This document shows, piece by piece, positions 38,801 through 53,479 of a stretch of DNA of 64,000 nucleotides. Position 1 is the first letter of the stretch, and each line of letters opens with the position of its first letter. Position numbers and translations under genes: made by a program. This stretch comes from Balanoglossus misakiensis (lineage: Eukaryota; Animalia; Hemichordata), in assembly GCA_040954595.2 (NCBI GenBank), contig CM082587.2, positions 775,622-839,621 on the forward strand, given 5' to 3'. The notes under the pieces were generated by a model. It was not told where the DNA came from, searched no databases, and saw only the letters and a list, made by a program, of their open reading frames with translations.

Positions 38801-41609
38801 TTTTTGAAAGCCTACAAAAATCTTGTTGTAGCATGCATTCAAGTCAGTTGACATAAACACTCCTATTCAATGGCTATGCTGTCCTAATTACCAGATTAAT
38901 ACTTTCATACACTCTACTCCAAAACAATCTCACCATGGTTTTGAATAGTAATGAGTGAATACTTAATACATCAGCATTTTACTCTTTTTAATAAAATTTT
39001 TCCTTAAATGTTAATAAAGCAAGTTAATGATTCTTAATAAGGGGCAACATGCTATGAACTGTTCTCAACAAGCCTTGCGAAATCTATGTTACTTTTTAGT
39101 CAATCTGGAAGATATTTCACAATATGGGATATTTTAAGCAAGATGTCACAAGTAACTTGACGTAACAATTAATTTGATAAGGCTATTGAAAATATATTTA
39201 CTGTCTCTACATAACGTTAATCAGGTTAACGATATGAAAGAACAGTGGGTACAGTTCTGCCACCGTTCTCTACTGAAGATGGCATTTGCACTTTAAACGA
39301 ATGATAAGAAAAATCTATAGTGTGAACACTCTCTCCAACCATCTCTATACTAAAAGACGCCTGAAGGAGTGAATGCACTGGCGATGACGATATCTGACAG
39401 TGTCTTCCAGCCATGCTTGTGATTACAGAAAATCATTGGCGAGAAAGCGACAAATGCAGGTGTGCGCTTCCAGTAATCAATTTTGATAGTGCTACATAGT
39501 AATGGTATTCATCAATAATCTCTTTATCGTTCCAATCACCCAAAACATCAATTAGTGGATTTTATCACTTATAAAGAAATTGCAACTTTCATAGCACTGC
39601 GCTGACCTCATTCATTCAGCGTCTGCATAATAAACGTACATTTACAATATCTTTATTGTTCGTTTCCCACTTATATTTGTGCTGTGATGTACTAAAAATA
39701 GCTAGCTGGGGCTTCGAAATAATATTGATGATAATAATCCAAAGGAAAAGACCGAAAGTATAAAATAGAGCTTAACATGAAAACAAAAATTGAGTGGCAG
39801 TGTCAAGTAAAAGAAAGTACATTCACTCGACCAACAGGAACAACAATGAATTTGATTATTGACTTTGGCAATGAGCCAGATTCTATAGCATTACAAATAA
39901 TTGTAACCATGCATTGGGCGAATGAACATGAAAAGAATCTAGAACAACATCGTTTCTATGGAGATCACGAGTGTGCGCATCTCAGATCTGCCCAATGGCA
40001 CTGACAGAAACTCTGCAAAAGGAGAAAACTTCTGTGCCAGGAACACCTGGAAATGCTCAAAAACATATTGTTCCATGGGCATGCACGCAAAATGTGTCTT
40101 ATCTTCTTTCGTTTGTGAAGATTGCCATTCACTTTACATTTTACAGGTAAGTTTAAATTTACTCCTGAGAAGCAATAATGAGACTTAAATAGAGTCACTT
40201 GTATCTTACCGACGCTAACTTTGTGTCTCAAGAAGGATTCTTTTAGTCATATCCTCTGTATACTCCTGGAAGTCATTCTATATAATATATGACGTACGAA
40301 TACTAGTACCTGGAAATGGTGTCATTGCAAATAATGCAATAGGTTTGGGTTTGCCTAGACCAGGATACAATGAATTACACATGGCAATACTTTGCCTTTG
40401 GAAAACTGTAACAAGGCGACAAGAAGAAAACCAGGATTGAATAAAACCATTCTCTTCCAGCATCGTGCACTCGACTGATATTAATTGAGTCGACGTGATG
40501 TCTTGACATAAGAAGACAAAGTATAGAGAGTGTTGATTACATTGGAATGCTGTGACATTTTGATGGCTGGCTTATGACCTTTACGGATAACCATTAACTT
40601 AATTTTGAAACTTAATTGAGACGTCATGTAATTGCGAAGTGTCCTGAATATTGGAAGAGTCCTCACATTCATTCCTTAAGGAGGTCACTGTAAATGGACA
40701 GGTGTTCAACGATCAAGATTATAATTCTCAGTCCATTCACGTTTTGGTGAGTAGATGAGATCCAGTGCTGAGACAGTCTTGTTCAAAAAAAGCCGGCAGC
40801 AAATCTTCTGCTCACAATGAGTGTGTGAAATTTGTCTCTTCCCATAGGATTACATTGAGAATTGAATTGCTAGAAAACTCGCTTCTACGACCATGAGTTA
40901 TGTAGGTCGACACAAGAATGAATTGCACAGAAATTACTTTCTCTCAATATGGAGCACAAAAATTATTTGACCAAGATATCTGCGATGAAATGTTGTGGTA
41001 AATATTGCATTTTTGAGGACATTTCATCCTCAGGAATGAAAGGAATTCATTGTGAAGCATTATGTAAATGGACATTGTCATTATTACTGTTGATATCCTT
41101 AATTCAATCTTTTAAGGTTCCGATTTTGAAAGTAAAGTAAACCTGGATTTAAAATGCAATAAATGAAACTAACTGTATTCATGTCAAAGAACTCGACATA
41201 ACAGCAGAAGTCACTTTCTTACTTGCCTGATGAAAAGGTATACAATGCATATGTAAAAGAATTAACTGATACAGATATTTTATCGACCTTTAGAGGGGTT
41301 CCATTTCCTGCCATGTATATAGTCAATTAACTAAGAGTGTAATAAGCGATTTTCAGGCCATCGAATTCATGCGCTCTTTTAAAGCATAAGAAAAGGTCAT
41401 ATTATACTGGGACCCTCAACATTGATACTTTAAAATGATCGATTAGTCGAATTAGAGGACTATTGAAACAAATACAACACGCTTACGAATGCCTATGATA
41501 ATTTCATTGGGTTGTCAAGGGAACCAATTCAGCCTGTAATTAAGTAAGCACTTGAAGTCACATTCGTTCATTAAAAATTTAACAAGAAAATTGCAACTGA
41601 CGGTTTTTA

Positions 41610-41646
41610 TGTGGCGTTTTATACCTTAAGGGATAAAAACACGACA
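41610..41646. repeat. Imperfect palindrome centred on CCTTAAGG
   Basis: tgtggcgttttataccttaagggataaaaacacgaca; the arms pair with few mismatches. Confidence 0.55.
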
Positions 41647-44600
41647 AAACTAAAACGAGTATTTCATGGATAAAAATATTTTTTTGTGTTTTATATGGCA
41701 TTTATCATAAATCCATGAAAAGTTTGTGTGTTAAGTGTTCATGGTGGCTTAGGAATGAACTACAAAAGCTACAGATTGATATGTCGAATCACAAAAGTTC
41801 CATTGCATCTAATCAGGAGACAATCCCTGGCAGAAGAACAACTATTGTTGATACATTTAGTCAAAATACCAACTTCACTTATGGCATGATTTGGTGCCCC
41901 TTACTACTACTTCATCATGATTGGGTCAGTGTGGATTAAATATTAGGAAGCACTTTCAAATATTCAACAATTGTTGTAATTCCATAGAGTCCATCGTGGG
42001 CTACTTATTTGCGGTGTTTCCCATCCCGTTACCTAGCAACATGAAGACCACTTCCTCTGCGATCAAGGTTACTAAACAATGCAATTGACCTGGAGGGGTT
42101 TAAACGCACCAACTGGTTAATTGATAAAATGAAATTACACCAAAATCCTGTGAAGTACCGAATTGGTTCTCGTGAATCTTGTCGAAATTAACTCACATTT
42201 TGTTCTTCATTTGAGTGATTGTGCACACACTTGGGATTACTATTTTGATGTGATTAGCCCAACCAGAGTTCAATGTGTTATCTACTTAAATCCTGAAACA
42301 GAACAGCCCGTGTAATAACTGTGCATTTAAAACATTAATTAAAGTGACGATCTGAAATAGTACTCCAAACATGACTATTTCAGGCAAAGTACCGCCATGC
42401 CTGGAGTGACTGAAGGCATGTAACAGATACTTCTTTGGCCCTCAGAAGCCGATGAGATTTGATATTTGGTAATTGGAAAGTATAATTGATGAGAATAGGC
42501 AGTCTAAAAGATTGTATTGGAGCTATCATAAAGCCAATTTCACCTAATGGTAATAAAATAGGTTTACAACACTAGAAGTTATTCAGAGTCCTCTATCTTA
42601 TAAGAAGGGACCGAGAAATCATTGCTGGTATCAACAGGTCAATATTGGCACCCGGAACAACAGCCATTCTGAAGTTCATCGTTGTGTCAAGTTTTTGCTG
42701 TAGTAGCATTTCTTCAGCAAAGTGATAATAAGATTCTGTAACAACAGCACTTTACCTACCAGCTGCCCATGCTGTTGTCTCCATTTACTGTTATTCAGAG
42801 CCATATTTACATACTAGTGCATGCCTGACAAAACACTAGTGCATACAAAATGAAATATCGATTTGTTTGTGATATGATCCAACCTGATCCTTTTGTCTTA
42901 ATTGATACAACTTCATATTTGTTATTCAGGGATCAATTTTTGACGGCAGGTGTGAAATCAGCTATTCCCAGCTGTCAGCGACAATTGTTTTTTCACCGAT
43001 GGCTTAGTTCTGTCGGCAGTGTATATGCAAAAGGAACCTCACAAGTTACCTAAATCAGAAGCCAATCAAATAAAGCGTACCGAAAGGCATAATAATTGTA
43101 GCGGAAAGGATCATATCTTCTGCTCTTTTTCTGTACCGTTGCATTTATTGAGTTTCAATGCTAGAGTATGGTTATACTGCAGTGTAGCAGGTGCTACGAA
43201 AAGGGATACTCTCGCACATGCAGGGAAATGAAAGCGTAAACTCACTCTGCCATTTAATCAAACCTGACACGCGCATCAAATTTCCCATTATCCAAGAATG
43301 GCGACATACGCTCAAGCCCGTCGTCCAGTGAGTGAACCATTACTAACCGTGCCAACGGAATATGTAATCACACGAACCTGTCACCATACAATGATATAGT
43401 TACTTTGCATACGCACTGACAGGTTTGTAGTATTTTTGATGAATTCTGCGTGTGGTTTACTGTCCATGGAAGTTAACAAACCTGAAAATCTTGGTAGGGT
43501 ACTTTGTAGTGTTCCTTCTGATCATGAGTGTTTTGAGTTCAAGTAATTCGAACACAAGTGGGTCGAGAATTTCTAAGAATTGTCCAATTTCCTGCGATTT
43601 GGGATAAAAGTAGAAAAGAATGATATACTATTCAATTAGAAGTGGTATTACTAGGTATGCAACGACATGGACGTAATTTAATATGTCAATTATCTTCACC
43701 GACTGACCTCATCTCTTCCTGTAAATCATTAACTTCAAAATATCAAGATATCATTTTCCGTATGACGTTTACTACCCCTGCCTGAACTTTTCTTTGTGTC
43801 CATATTTTTCAGAGCTTAAGATGGTTTGTTGAGATTAACCTTACGTATTACACGTTTCTTCATAGTACTTTGCTAATCACATAAAAACTAGTTTGAACCA
43901 GATTACATAGGAAGGCATGTATTTTGGTTTTTATCATAGAGACTCTCATATGATGGTTAAAAATAGATCAGGAAAATTTAAGAAGCGGAAAAATATCAGT
44001 ATTTAGCTGATCAACACAGTCAGAATCGTTATTGTTGAAAGTTGAATTCAAGTCTGTCCTTGGATTCATTTGGCCAACAATAACAGTGGTAATATACATG
44101 TGCATGATGTATGTGGACAAGTTTATTCCTTTGCCAGGCATTGTGCCTGTTACTCTGTTCAACACTTGGAACAAATTTCTGAAGAATCAAAAGGTTGCAG
44201 CTGATGTACATGAATCCTATCGTTAGCGGAAGTTCCAAGTTTCTCTTTGAGCATGGAAGATGTCTGATAATTGGGAGCGCCCAGACTATAATTGGAATAC
44301 ACACACTTCTCCTGTCTACAAGGCCCGTCTCTGCATTGTCGCCTGGCTGCGAGTTATATACGGCGAATAAAATATTTATCTCAAACGACCATAAGACTTT
44401 ACAATATACTATAAAATGCTGACGTAAATATGTTGTGACTAGCTTATTATACGAATGAATACAAATGTCGCTTGTCGTCAGTTTTCAATTTCACCTAATC
44501 AGATTACTGCAAGTTGGAGTTACATTTGACAGGAATCACTGTGTTCACTCATACAGTGTGTTTGACCTTTCTCAAGCCAGCACTATTACAAAATGTCTAG

Positions 44601-45810
44601 ACTGTATGCCGGTGGCTTTGCTATACAAGAAACTGCATTTAATGAATAAACGTGCCAAATAAGGGCTATCATCAATCCATCAGGTTCCATAACTGAAGTT
44701 CTCATTCCAAAGTGAGACTCAGTTGTTGCTGAAAAGGACAATGTTGACCACATATTTTGCTTTTCAGAAATTCAGCAACAGAATACAATCACCTAGTATG
44801 CAAATTTACACAGTCGACATGGAAAGCGGATCTTAAAGGAACAGATTTTTATTGGTGAACCATGCGTAAAAAGTGCGCCACCACATAGTCATAAAAAGAC
44901 TTGGACACACACCATTTTAACCATGTATGGGCATGCATGTTAAAATTAGAGGGGACTTGAAGAGGTTTTTTTTCACTTGAAACACTTGCATTGCTGCCTA
45001 CAATTCTTCTTTGGGTTTAAACTAAAAAAAGTGTAAAGTGCTCATGTACTCGTCGACAACAAAAATCGATAGAATACTCCCCTTGTAATGCATCATGGAA
45101 CTCTCAAGGCTACTTTTATCTTATTTGCATAACATCCATCTCGCATGCAGTACTGTTATATCCTTTTCTGACTAGCAATCCCTCAAAACTTTCTCTTGAT
45201 CAAAGATCCCTGTACACTTTCCACCTTCTACCGTAGTATTGCAGGTAACATGACATATGTATGCAAAGCAGATATGATGATGCATAGAAAATTAGTTTGA
45301 TCAATACATTTTGCATTCAGTATCATGACAATCAATCGTATACTCAATACAAAAACTCCTTGTTTACGTCATCATGGAATTTAATTCATTCTCGTACGTG
45401 ATGAGAAATCAGGTGCCTGGAACTTACACCCAAAGTAGCACTGTATTTTCAGTATTAATGATTGCACGTTCAAGCTAAAATTTTCCATGTAATTTTTCTT
45501 ATCTTGTGTTCCACTTGTACATGAAATGTTTTATGAAACCTTTATTTGAGAAGACTTTCATAAAGATGCCGCAGCTGGGGTCATAACAATCAGAGAGTAA
45601 AGAAGCCTAACAGAGGATATCCATTACGCCACAGCACGTAATGCCAGAAATCAGTATAATTTCCCTCGTTGGCGACAACCAAGTTCCATAATTGACTTCA
45701 GTTCCATTCCATTGCAATTACTGTAGTCTCTGGTCACTTATTCACGAGAATTTCTTATTTTGAAACTCATGGCATCACCCTTCCTTGTTTGTCAGACCTC
45801 AAAGTCGAAG

Positions 45811-45821
45811 TGCGCATGCGC
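45811..45821. promoter_or_regulatory. NRF1-type palindrome TGCGCATGCGC, candidate promoter of GPCR paralog 2
   Basis: Exact consensus in a CpG-richer patch, followed by a donor-like AACG|GTATGT near 46044 and the acceptor at 48360 just before the ATG. Confidence 0.4.
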
Positions 45822-48402
45822 CGTGACAACGGCGATGGCCATTCGCTTACAGACACTAAACTTGCAGGTCACATGACTCTTGGTCTCTTAACAACGTTTG
45901 CTGTCGTTAACATCCATAACGACTCGCCACAGAGAACACTGTATTGGCATTGAACATATCACAGATAGTCCATGTACCGGTATTTGCGAAAATGTTTGCA
46001 ACGTCATCTAGTGGCTTGATTTGACTGCATTGATAATGGGAACGGTATGTTTTTCTTTTTATTTATTCCTCATTTTTGCAACTTTCAAGAAAACACTTCC
46101 CAATAGGCTGTAAACTTCCCTTTGGGGCCCAAGAAGTCTTATGTATAACATCTATTACGTCCAGTAAATTATAATCAGAAACCTGCCAGGTGGTGGGAAA
46201 AGATTGCCTTAGAAATTTGTTAGTCTTTAATCATTTCCTGGAGACAGTATGGACACACTTGGCACACTTGAAGATTCCACGGAATAGACGCAGAGAATTA
46301 GTAATCACTGTTCCCTTAGATTAAACATACTTAGTTGCTTTAATACAGCCAATTTGAAGATCACAGACCGATTATCATGCTTGTTAAAATATACAGTAAT
46401 GAAAAATCTGATGGCACTCGGATCTTACACAATGAGAAGTGACTGTGATTACATCAGATTACTATACATGGTTAATTCCACCAGCAAAGTATCTTGTCTC
46501 GAATCAGATTTGTGTGTTACAAGTACGGACCGCTTCACAAGAGACTGGGTAATCAAAATAACAGATGGTGAAATTACTGTTTGTTACTCTGGGAATCCAC
46601 TCAGTCTGTAGAATAGACGCTAATGAAACCTTCATCATAAAACCAATTATTTACCTCCAATTGCTTCAGGGTTGTGTTTGTTTCTTGATATCAATAACAG
46701 AAGTATAGCCACCAGAATTCCGCAAAAACAGATCGATACAACAACATTCATTTGCAGAAAGGTTGATTGGGAATGACAGTACTAATGATGTTGTTCAGAA
46801 TATGAAACAGAAGAGTTAACTGTCACAATTGCCTTTTGAAAGTTTGACGTTGCCATGTCACCTTGGCAATGCGTGACCATGACGATAACTTAATTGTCAT
46901 CTTCCGAGTGTCAGAGTACATGATCATGTAGCATAACTCGAACGTTGATTCATGACATGCCATGGTTTCATCGCTGTGAAACGGACTTAGACTTTTTCAC
47001 ATGTGATGTCATTTTGAAAATACTAGTACGTTACATTGGTTATTATTCTAAAAATATTTAACTTGACATATACATCAAGTTTCCAATAGTACCAACTGCG
47101 CATTATGTACCTTTTCCCGTAGTTTACGTACGTAATGGTGTTCTTGACTGATAAGATTTTCATCCGACACTTAACAATGCGGTTCTTGCCTTGGGAGTTA
47201 CTTACTGATGGAATGTACTGGATGCATTTACTCTGCATCATGGGTTGTCCATTAAGGTTGCTGGATGATTATATCTACCACCTCCGATTAACTGTTTTGC
47301 TCATGCTTGTATGCACCTCAATTTTTCTGCTATTTGACAGGTATTTATCATTGCGGGTGGGTGGCAGTAGTCTTGTGAATGCTCAACTTAACTAAACAAT
47401 ATTCCCAAGGAATTGTTTTGTGTCTTTGTCCATTTATCAACTTTGGTTAAATGAGATACAAGTCTTTCTCACTAGATCAATTTTATTTACAGACGGCTGC
47501 CATGAAAACTGATTGATGTTGTCGATGACTGCAGAGTTGCAAATCTGGACCGAGCAAGACCAATAGGGACATAGCATGCACGCTGATCAATCGCCTGAAA
47601 GAAGACATATTTCGCATTGATATTCAGCTGCAGCAAACTAACGAGACAAAAGTGCCCTTGATTCTCATAATTGTCTGACAGAGCCACTGAAGCGATTGAG
47701 TGCGAATCCCAACACACGACTACTAGAGGAACCTCAGGGCTAGTACAAACTGCAGTGAACTTAACAAGATTTGCAGCTGTGAGTATCCATTTTGAAATCT
47801 GACGGTTCTAGAGATGACAAATGACATTTTCTTGATTTAAAAATATAAAATCAAAATATGTTCAAAGCTACGTTCAAAGCATATGTTAATAGAAATATAT
47901 CAGATTATGTGACACAGAAAGTATATGCCATTGGGCTGGCCACCATGATTAACTTTAATAGTCAAAAGAAGTCCATCAATAATTTCCTGAATGCGTAGCA
48001 ACCTTATTTCCGTTGCCTTCTCGAAAGACACTGTGTTCTTAAATACTTGAAAAATACAGACGCCATTGAGGACGAACATGATTTCAGTTTTCAAGCACAA
48101 GGCAAAGAGTCAAACATACTGTATTAGGAGCAACATGATTGTATTTTCCGACATATGATAACAATGAGAAGTGTTAATCTTAATCTTAACACAATATTCT
48201 ATCAAGAGGGTGAATTTTTTTTAGCTATAAAAATTTACATCACAATAAATTTATCCATCTTTACTTCTGATACCATCTGGCCATTAATCATGCACCATCT
48301 GTCTGGGTACACTAGAATAGGAGCCTTATTAAACAGAGATGTCGCCTTTCTGTCCTTCAGATTTGAATCGACAAACTCTACTTCACCCAGTCATTGAAGA
48401 AG

Positions 48403-49437
48403 ATGAATAACTCCAGTGCACTTGACGGTTTAGATGACTTCTTTGGATCATCACCACCCTACATCTACATAACTGAGCTGACCATGGGCATTATCGGCAG
48501 CATAGGCAACTTCTTAGTCATTCTTGTCATCTTACTCACTCCAGAGATGAAGACAATTACAAATTATCTGATTCTAAATCTCGCTGTGGCGGATTTCTTT
48601 ACCTCTTTCCTGTTAGTGTTGAACAAATACTTGACCCAAGCTTTTGACTTTCCCGTCCCAGGGGGTATAGCGGGAGAATTCTACTGTCGACTGTACTTCA
48701 GTGCCATCTTCTTCTGGATCAATATTAAAGCGTCAACGTTTAATTTAGTTCTGGTGACGTTTGAGAGATATTTCGCCATTGTACATCCTCTGGCCTACAA
48801 CAAATACTACACGAACCAACGATTGATCGTCATGGTGATTGTTGCATGGTCATTAGCTGTCACTCTTGAAACCACATTTGCATTTTTCCACCGGGAAGAG
48901 CCAGGTACCTGCATCTTATTCGCTTATCCAAACAACTCGGTCGCCATATTTTTTGGCGTGTTTTACTTCATCTTCGGCTACTTCATCCCAACAGTTGCTA
49001 TGGTGTGGGCGTACCTCAGAATTCTTGCCAGTCTAAAAGTACATCCTGGGAAAGGCTTCAGTAATACAGATGACCGTGTTGGGACACTTGTTCTTGCAAG
49101 GAAACGACTCATCAAAATGCTGTTCCTGGTTTTGATGGCTTACTTCATCTGCTGGACGCCGGACACCTTTCTCTTTCTTGTACACAATCTCGGAGGACCA
49201 ACCGATTACTATGCTGACTACTTTCACAGTATCATTCTGCTTGCATTCGCCAATTCCATTCTCAACCCGTTCATTTATGCATTTAAGTACAGGCAATTCC
49301 GCAAAGGTTTCTTGAAGAACCTTTGTCCCTGCATGGCCAAGAACAACAAAGTCGGCTCAGAAATGACAAACTTGGGAAATCCTGCATCTCACAGGACGAA
49401 CAGTGAACGTGTGGGACGAGAAAACGAGGTTGCTTAG
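48403..49437 (+). CDS. Class A GPCR, paralog 2, 344 aa, intronless CDS
   Basis: GN, NLAVADF, YC, TFERY, YFIP, CWTP, NPFIY, RQFR, CPC. First ATG at 48403 after the acceptor ctgtccttcag (48360); N-terminal sequon NSS. Confidence 0.95.
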   Translation: MNNSSALDGLDDFFGSSPPYIYITELTMGIIGSIGNFLVILVILLTPEMKTITNYLILNLAVADFFTSFLLVLNKYLTQAFDFPVPGGIAGEFYCRLYFSAIFFWINIKASTFNLVLVTFERYFAIVHPLAYNKYYTNQRLIVMVIVAWSLAVTLETTFAFFHREEPGTCILFAYPNNSVAIFFGVFYFIFGYFIPTVAMVWAYLRILASLKVHPGKGFSNTDDRVGTLVLARKRLIKMLFLVLMAYFICWTPDTFLFLVHNLGGPTDYYADYFHSIILLAFANSILNPFIYAFKYRQFRKGFLKNLCPCMAKNNKVGSEMTNLGNPASHRTNSERVGRENEVA

Positions 49438-51231
49438 ACAAGAGGATATTACATAACATTGTTAACAATATTAGTTTACTTCAACGATTTTTAAGTCGCT
49501 GAAATTGGAAGTTTGGGACAACCTTTGGATTGAAAAGACTCATGAAGCTATTATACACCACTCTTTCCTGTAACATGGAACATATAGAATATCTGTATAT
49601 TTAGTGCAATATATTCGAATAAGTTTTATCCAAACACTGGAAGCACAAAAGCTGTCAGAATAGTTTAACATGATTTTATACGCACAAAAGATTGTTAGGC
49701 AGACTATTCGACATAGGCAAATCTGTGCCATGTTTTAACTTGACATCCACAGTCCTTATTAAATCATTTTATCATCTTTATTTTCCAAAACATTCAGAAT
49801 AACATTGAGAACGAAGGAAATGAAGAATTTCCTGATAAAGTTATTTTATTATAATTTGTGTATTCTCATCTTAAAATTGAAAATTTAAGATCTTCATTAA
49901 TTAAGTTTCATGGAGAACAGTAGTGCGGTTGACATAGGTAAGAATTCACCAGTAGTCTAACACCATTTTGATCAAAAGAGGCGTGATTTTGATATAACAA
50001 AAACTGACAGACTTATATCCGCCCAGCTGGAATTTGAAATTCCATGTAGTCAACTCATCTTGATACTTGATTCTAGTTTAATCACACAGAGGGAGCTTGA
50101 GCATTTCAGATATCGACATGTGGCTTGGGGATCAAAGAAATTGACCTGCACCCACAGACAAGAGATAAAGATAATAAAAAGGGGTGAATGGAAAATTGCC
50201 TTGAACGATAACATAGGACAAAGGCTGCCGATTCATATCACACTGACTGTTTCAGGTGTTGATAATACCAGATGGAGGATTGAATGTGAAGTGTAATTCT
50301 GGTTGCATTATGTAGCACAGGAAAATATTCAGCATGTATCATCGATCAAAGTATTTTGTTCAGTGATGGTTCATCCCTCTTGAATACTTAAAAGGTAATG
50401 CCGGCAATATCATTTCACTGCGAATGAGTTCTCTGGAAGATTTCCCTTCAAATGAGCACCATCTCATCTGACGCTTTCGAAAGTGGTCGTGAAAATCTCA
50501 GATGCCACGCACTATAAATGTGATTAACAATTCAGCATTGGTAGTTCGATACACACACATTGTTATCTCTAATTCCCAGGAGACTTTCACTACAAGAAAT
50601 CTACTTGTTTTATTGCTTTTAAAATTGCGGGAGATGTATATATTCACGTTTCAACACCGTACTTAATGATGGATCCCTAATGACTCATTCTTCACAACTT
50701 CTTACATTTCTAATAAAACATTAAATCTTTCAAGGGTTGCAAATCATCCATTAATACACTGCTGACATCTCTGTTGCTTTATGAATTAGAATTTGTAAAA
50801 GTTTCTCACATACTGCATTTGTACATGATGATAATTATGTATTTACCAGGTATATAGTTTCATATGGTAAAGGAATTAAATCACATTTGATGGTTTTGAT
50901 GAAAGTGTGTGTCTTGGTTTCAGACAGACATTCAGAATAATGCTTTCTGGTCTAACAGATCAATTGATGATCAGTACAACATTTTGAGGCAAACGGATGG
51001 GTACAATTATATAATTTCTGTATATGAAGCACTTTAATGTATATATAATTAGTCTGTTGGATTTCAATTTGCCCACACATTTACTTATTATTGTGAAGGA
51101 GCACATAATTCATACTATATAAAAATATTTAAGTCAATTAAAAGATTATTCAAAATTTACTTTTGAGAATTTTGATACTTTAACGGTTTTAACTAATTGT
51201 ACCGCAAGTTGGACGTAAGAAAACATGTCTC

Positions 51232-51273
51232 AACAAAGCATTCAAAACAAAGCATTCAAAACACAGCGTTCAA
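51232..51273. repeat. 14-bp tandem repeat x3
   Basis: aacaaagcattcaa aacaaagcattcaa aacacagcgttcaa. Confidence 0.7.
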
Positions 51274-53419
51274 TCAAATTACATGTGCTCCATTGGGAAT
51301 ATTTTCGGCAACTCATAAACAACTAGCCATAGCTTTTGTTCATGCCGTCTAATCAGACTTACTACATATTGTTGTGATAGACCTTGTTCTGTGTATAAAA
51401 CTCAATTTGCGCATTTTCTGGTTACTAGCTTGTCACTATACTAGTATATTATGACACCAGATTATATTTTTCAATTGAATTTTATCATGTTGCCGGCTCT
51501 AGAACCTAATTATTGAAAGTAATTATTAATTTTTTTGCAAAATATGATTAGACAAGGAATTGTAACTCTTGACTTTTTCATTGTTATGTATCTGTATATT
51601 CTTGACGGGGCACATTGTTTGAGCCTTCCATTGCTTGAATGCAATGAGATCGGAAGCCAAGTGTATGTTAAAATAAAGATATCTTATTGTTCTAAATGTC
51701 AACCAACTGTTTCTTGTTCTATTTCAGTTGCATGTTAACATGTATTATTAATTTCAGTAGTTTATTTAAAATAACTTGCATGGGCTGTTGATCAGGAAGG
51801 GGGAGCAATTTATGCAAGTATTATTAATGGGTTTACAAAGCTTTTTCATATTCCACTTTATCATAATTTTCAACAAATGCACTTAACTAAATTAAAAGAA
51901 TTCTCCCAGTTTTATAGCATTCAACGTGCTACGCAAATATGACCCCTCTTCTTACACTGCTTGGATTGTTTTCGCAAATTGCATGGTAACATATCGGACA
52001 TGTATATGATGGCTCAGCAGGCAAAGGTTGACTTCAATCGTACATCAGGTATTATGTATCATCATCTTCCGCCATCTGTTGAAAAAGAATTGAAGTTTTC
52101 TCACACAAAAAAGCTTGTAAAAGTATACTTTTATGCTTTAGTTCCGTCAACACGACACTTAATGGACCAATTTTCATGGATTATCACGAGCGAAGCCACT
52201 CAGTCAACATAGACACAGGTATTGATACTATTTAAACACCAACGAATCAAAAGCTTTCACAATATGCAAATCATCCACCTCCTGTTTTCAAAATCATCCA
52301 CTTATGGCGGCATCGAGGTTGGATTGAAATTGGTCACTGAACAGCCGTTACTGCACACTACACTATCATGATTCCCGAAAAATCTACCAGTATACTCAGT
52401 TGAACTAAACCATTCACACAGCAAATGTATCCAATCATACAAACGGAATTGGACCATAAATTTGGCAATCAGACTTGTTATCCCGTAATACCCAGGACAT
52501 TAATTACAAATCAGCTCAAATCGGCTAAAATATCAATGACAATGTAGAACTGTGCGATCCAGTTTATCAGGGGCCGTGATGAATTCATGAAGCACTAGAC
52601 CCCCCAGAGCCAGACTTGACCCTGGAGCGAAGATTTGTTTCCTGTGCATGTGGCTCATTCACAATGAAATAAGTGGAAGCAGCCCTGTGGCAATCGATTA
52701 CACCTGGAAAGTAGCGGCCTAAATTCAAGAAGTCACTCCGTAATTGTAAGGATCACTCCAGATCATTTCGTTGCCATATCGATATATTTTTCTGAAAGCG
52801 CCACCAGCGTTGGAAGTCGAGTGTGTTTATTTTGAGAACGTTGCTACAATATGTGAAGGCGCCCCCACAACTTGCATGTGGCTGTCGAATGAAAATCAGT
52901 TTCTTGTTTCATTCGCCGGGTGATGGCACTGTGCTAATTATCATTCTGTGAGCACAGCGCATGCCTGTGAGTGCTAGAATGAAACCTTCAAGGCAACATA
53001 CATGTAGGTTGCATTCTGACGTACATAATTTAATTCATGTAAGGTCCACATGAAATTAGTGCATAACTGAAGATGAGTAAACTTAATATTTGAAGTGTGC
53101 CTGATACATAAAATTAATTAATCAACAGATAAATGAAACTTAATGTACACTTCAGGCACCTGCTTCTGTTATAAAATATATACGAAGCAAGGAGTGGTTA
53201 AAATTTCTCCCTTGATCACTACAATGTACCAACAACACCAACACTAACATGTAATCTGCCAAAGTCGACAGTAAAAGATTTTTAAAATGTGGAAATATCG
53301 TTAAACTTTCGCCGTAACTGAATGCATGATTTATTTTAACTATGAATAATTAACAGTACTGACACATTTCCTGAAAACTTGTTCAGTGTAGCTGGATTTA
53401 TGCCATTGACTAAGTTTTT

Positions 53420-53433
53420 GTATCCATGGCAAC
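53420..53433. promoter_or_regulatory. RFX X-box motif upstream of GPCR paralog 3
   Basis: GTATCCATGGCAAC is an exact GTHNYY-AT-RRNAAC match. Confidence 0.4.
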
Positions 53434-53479
53434 TATGGACGAGTGTTTCTTTCTTGTGGGATGTTTATGTAAATATAGC

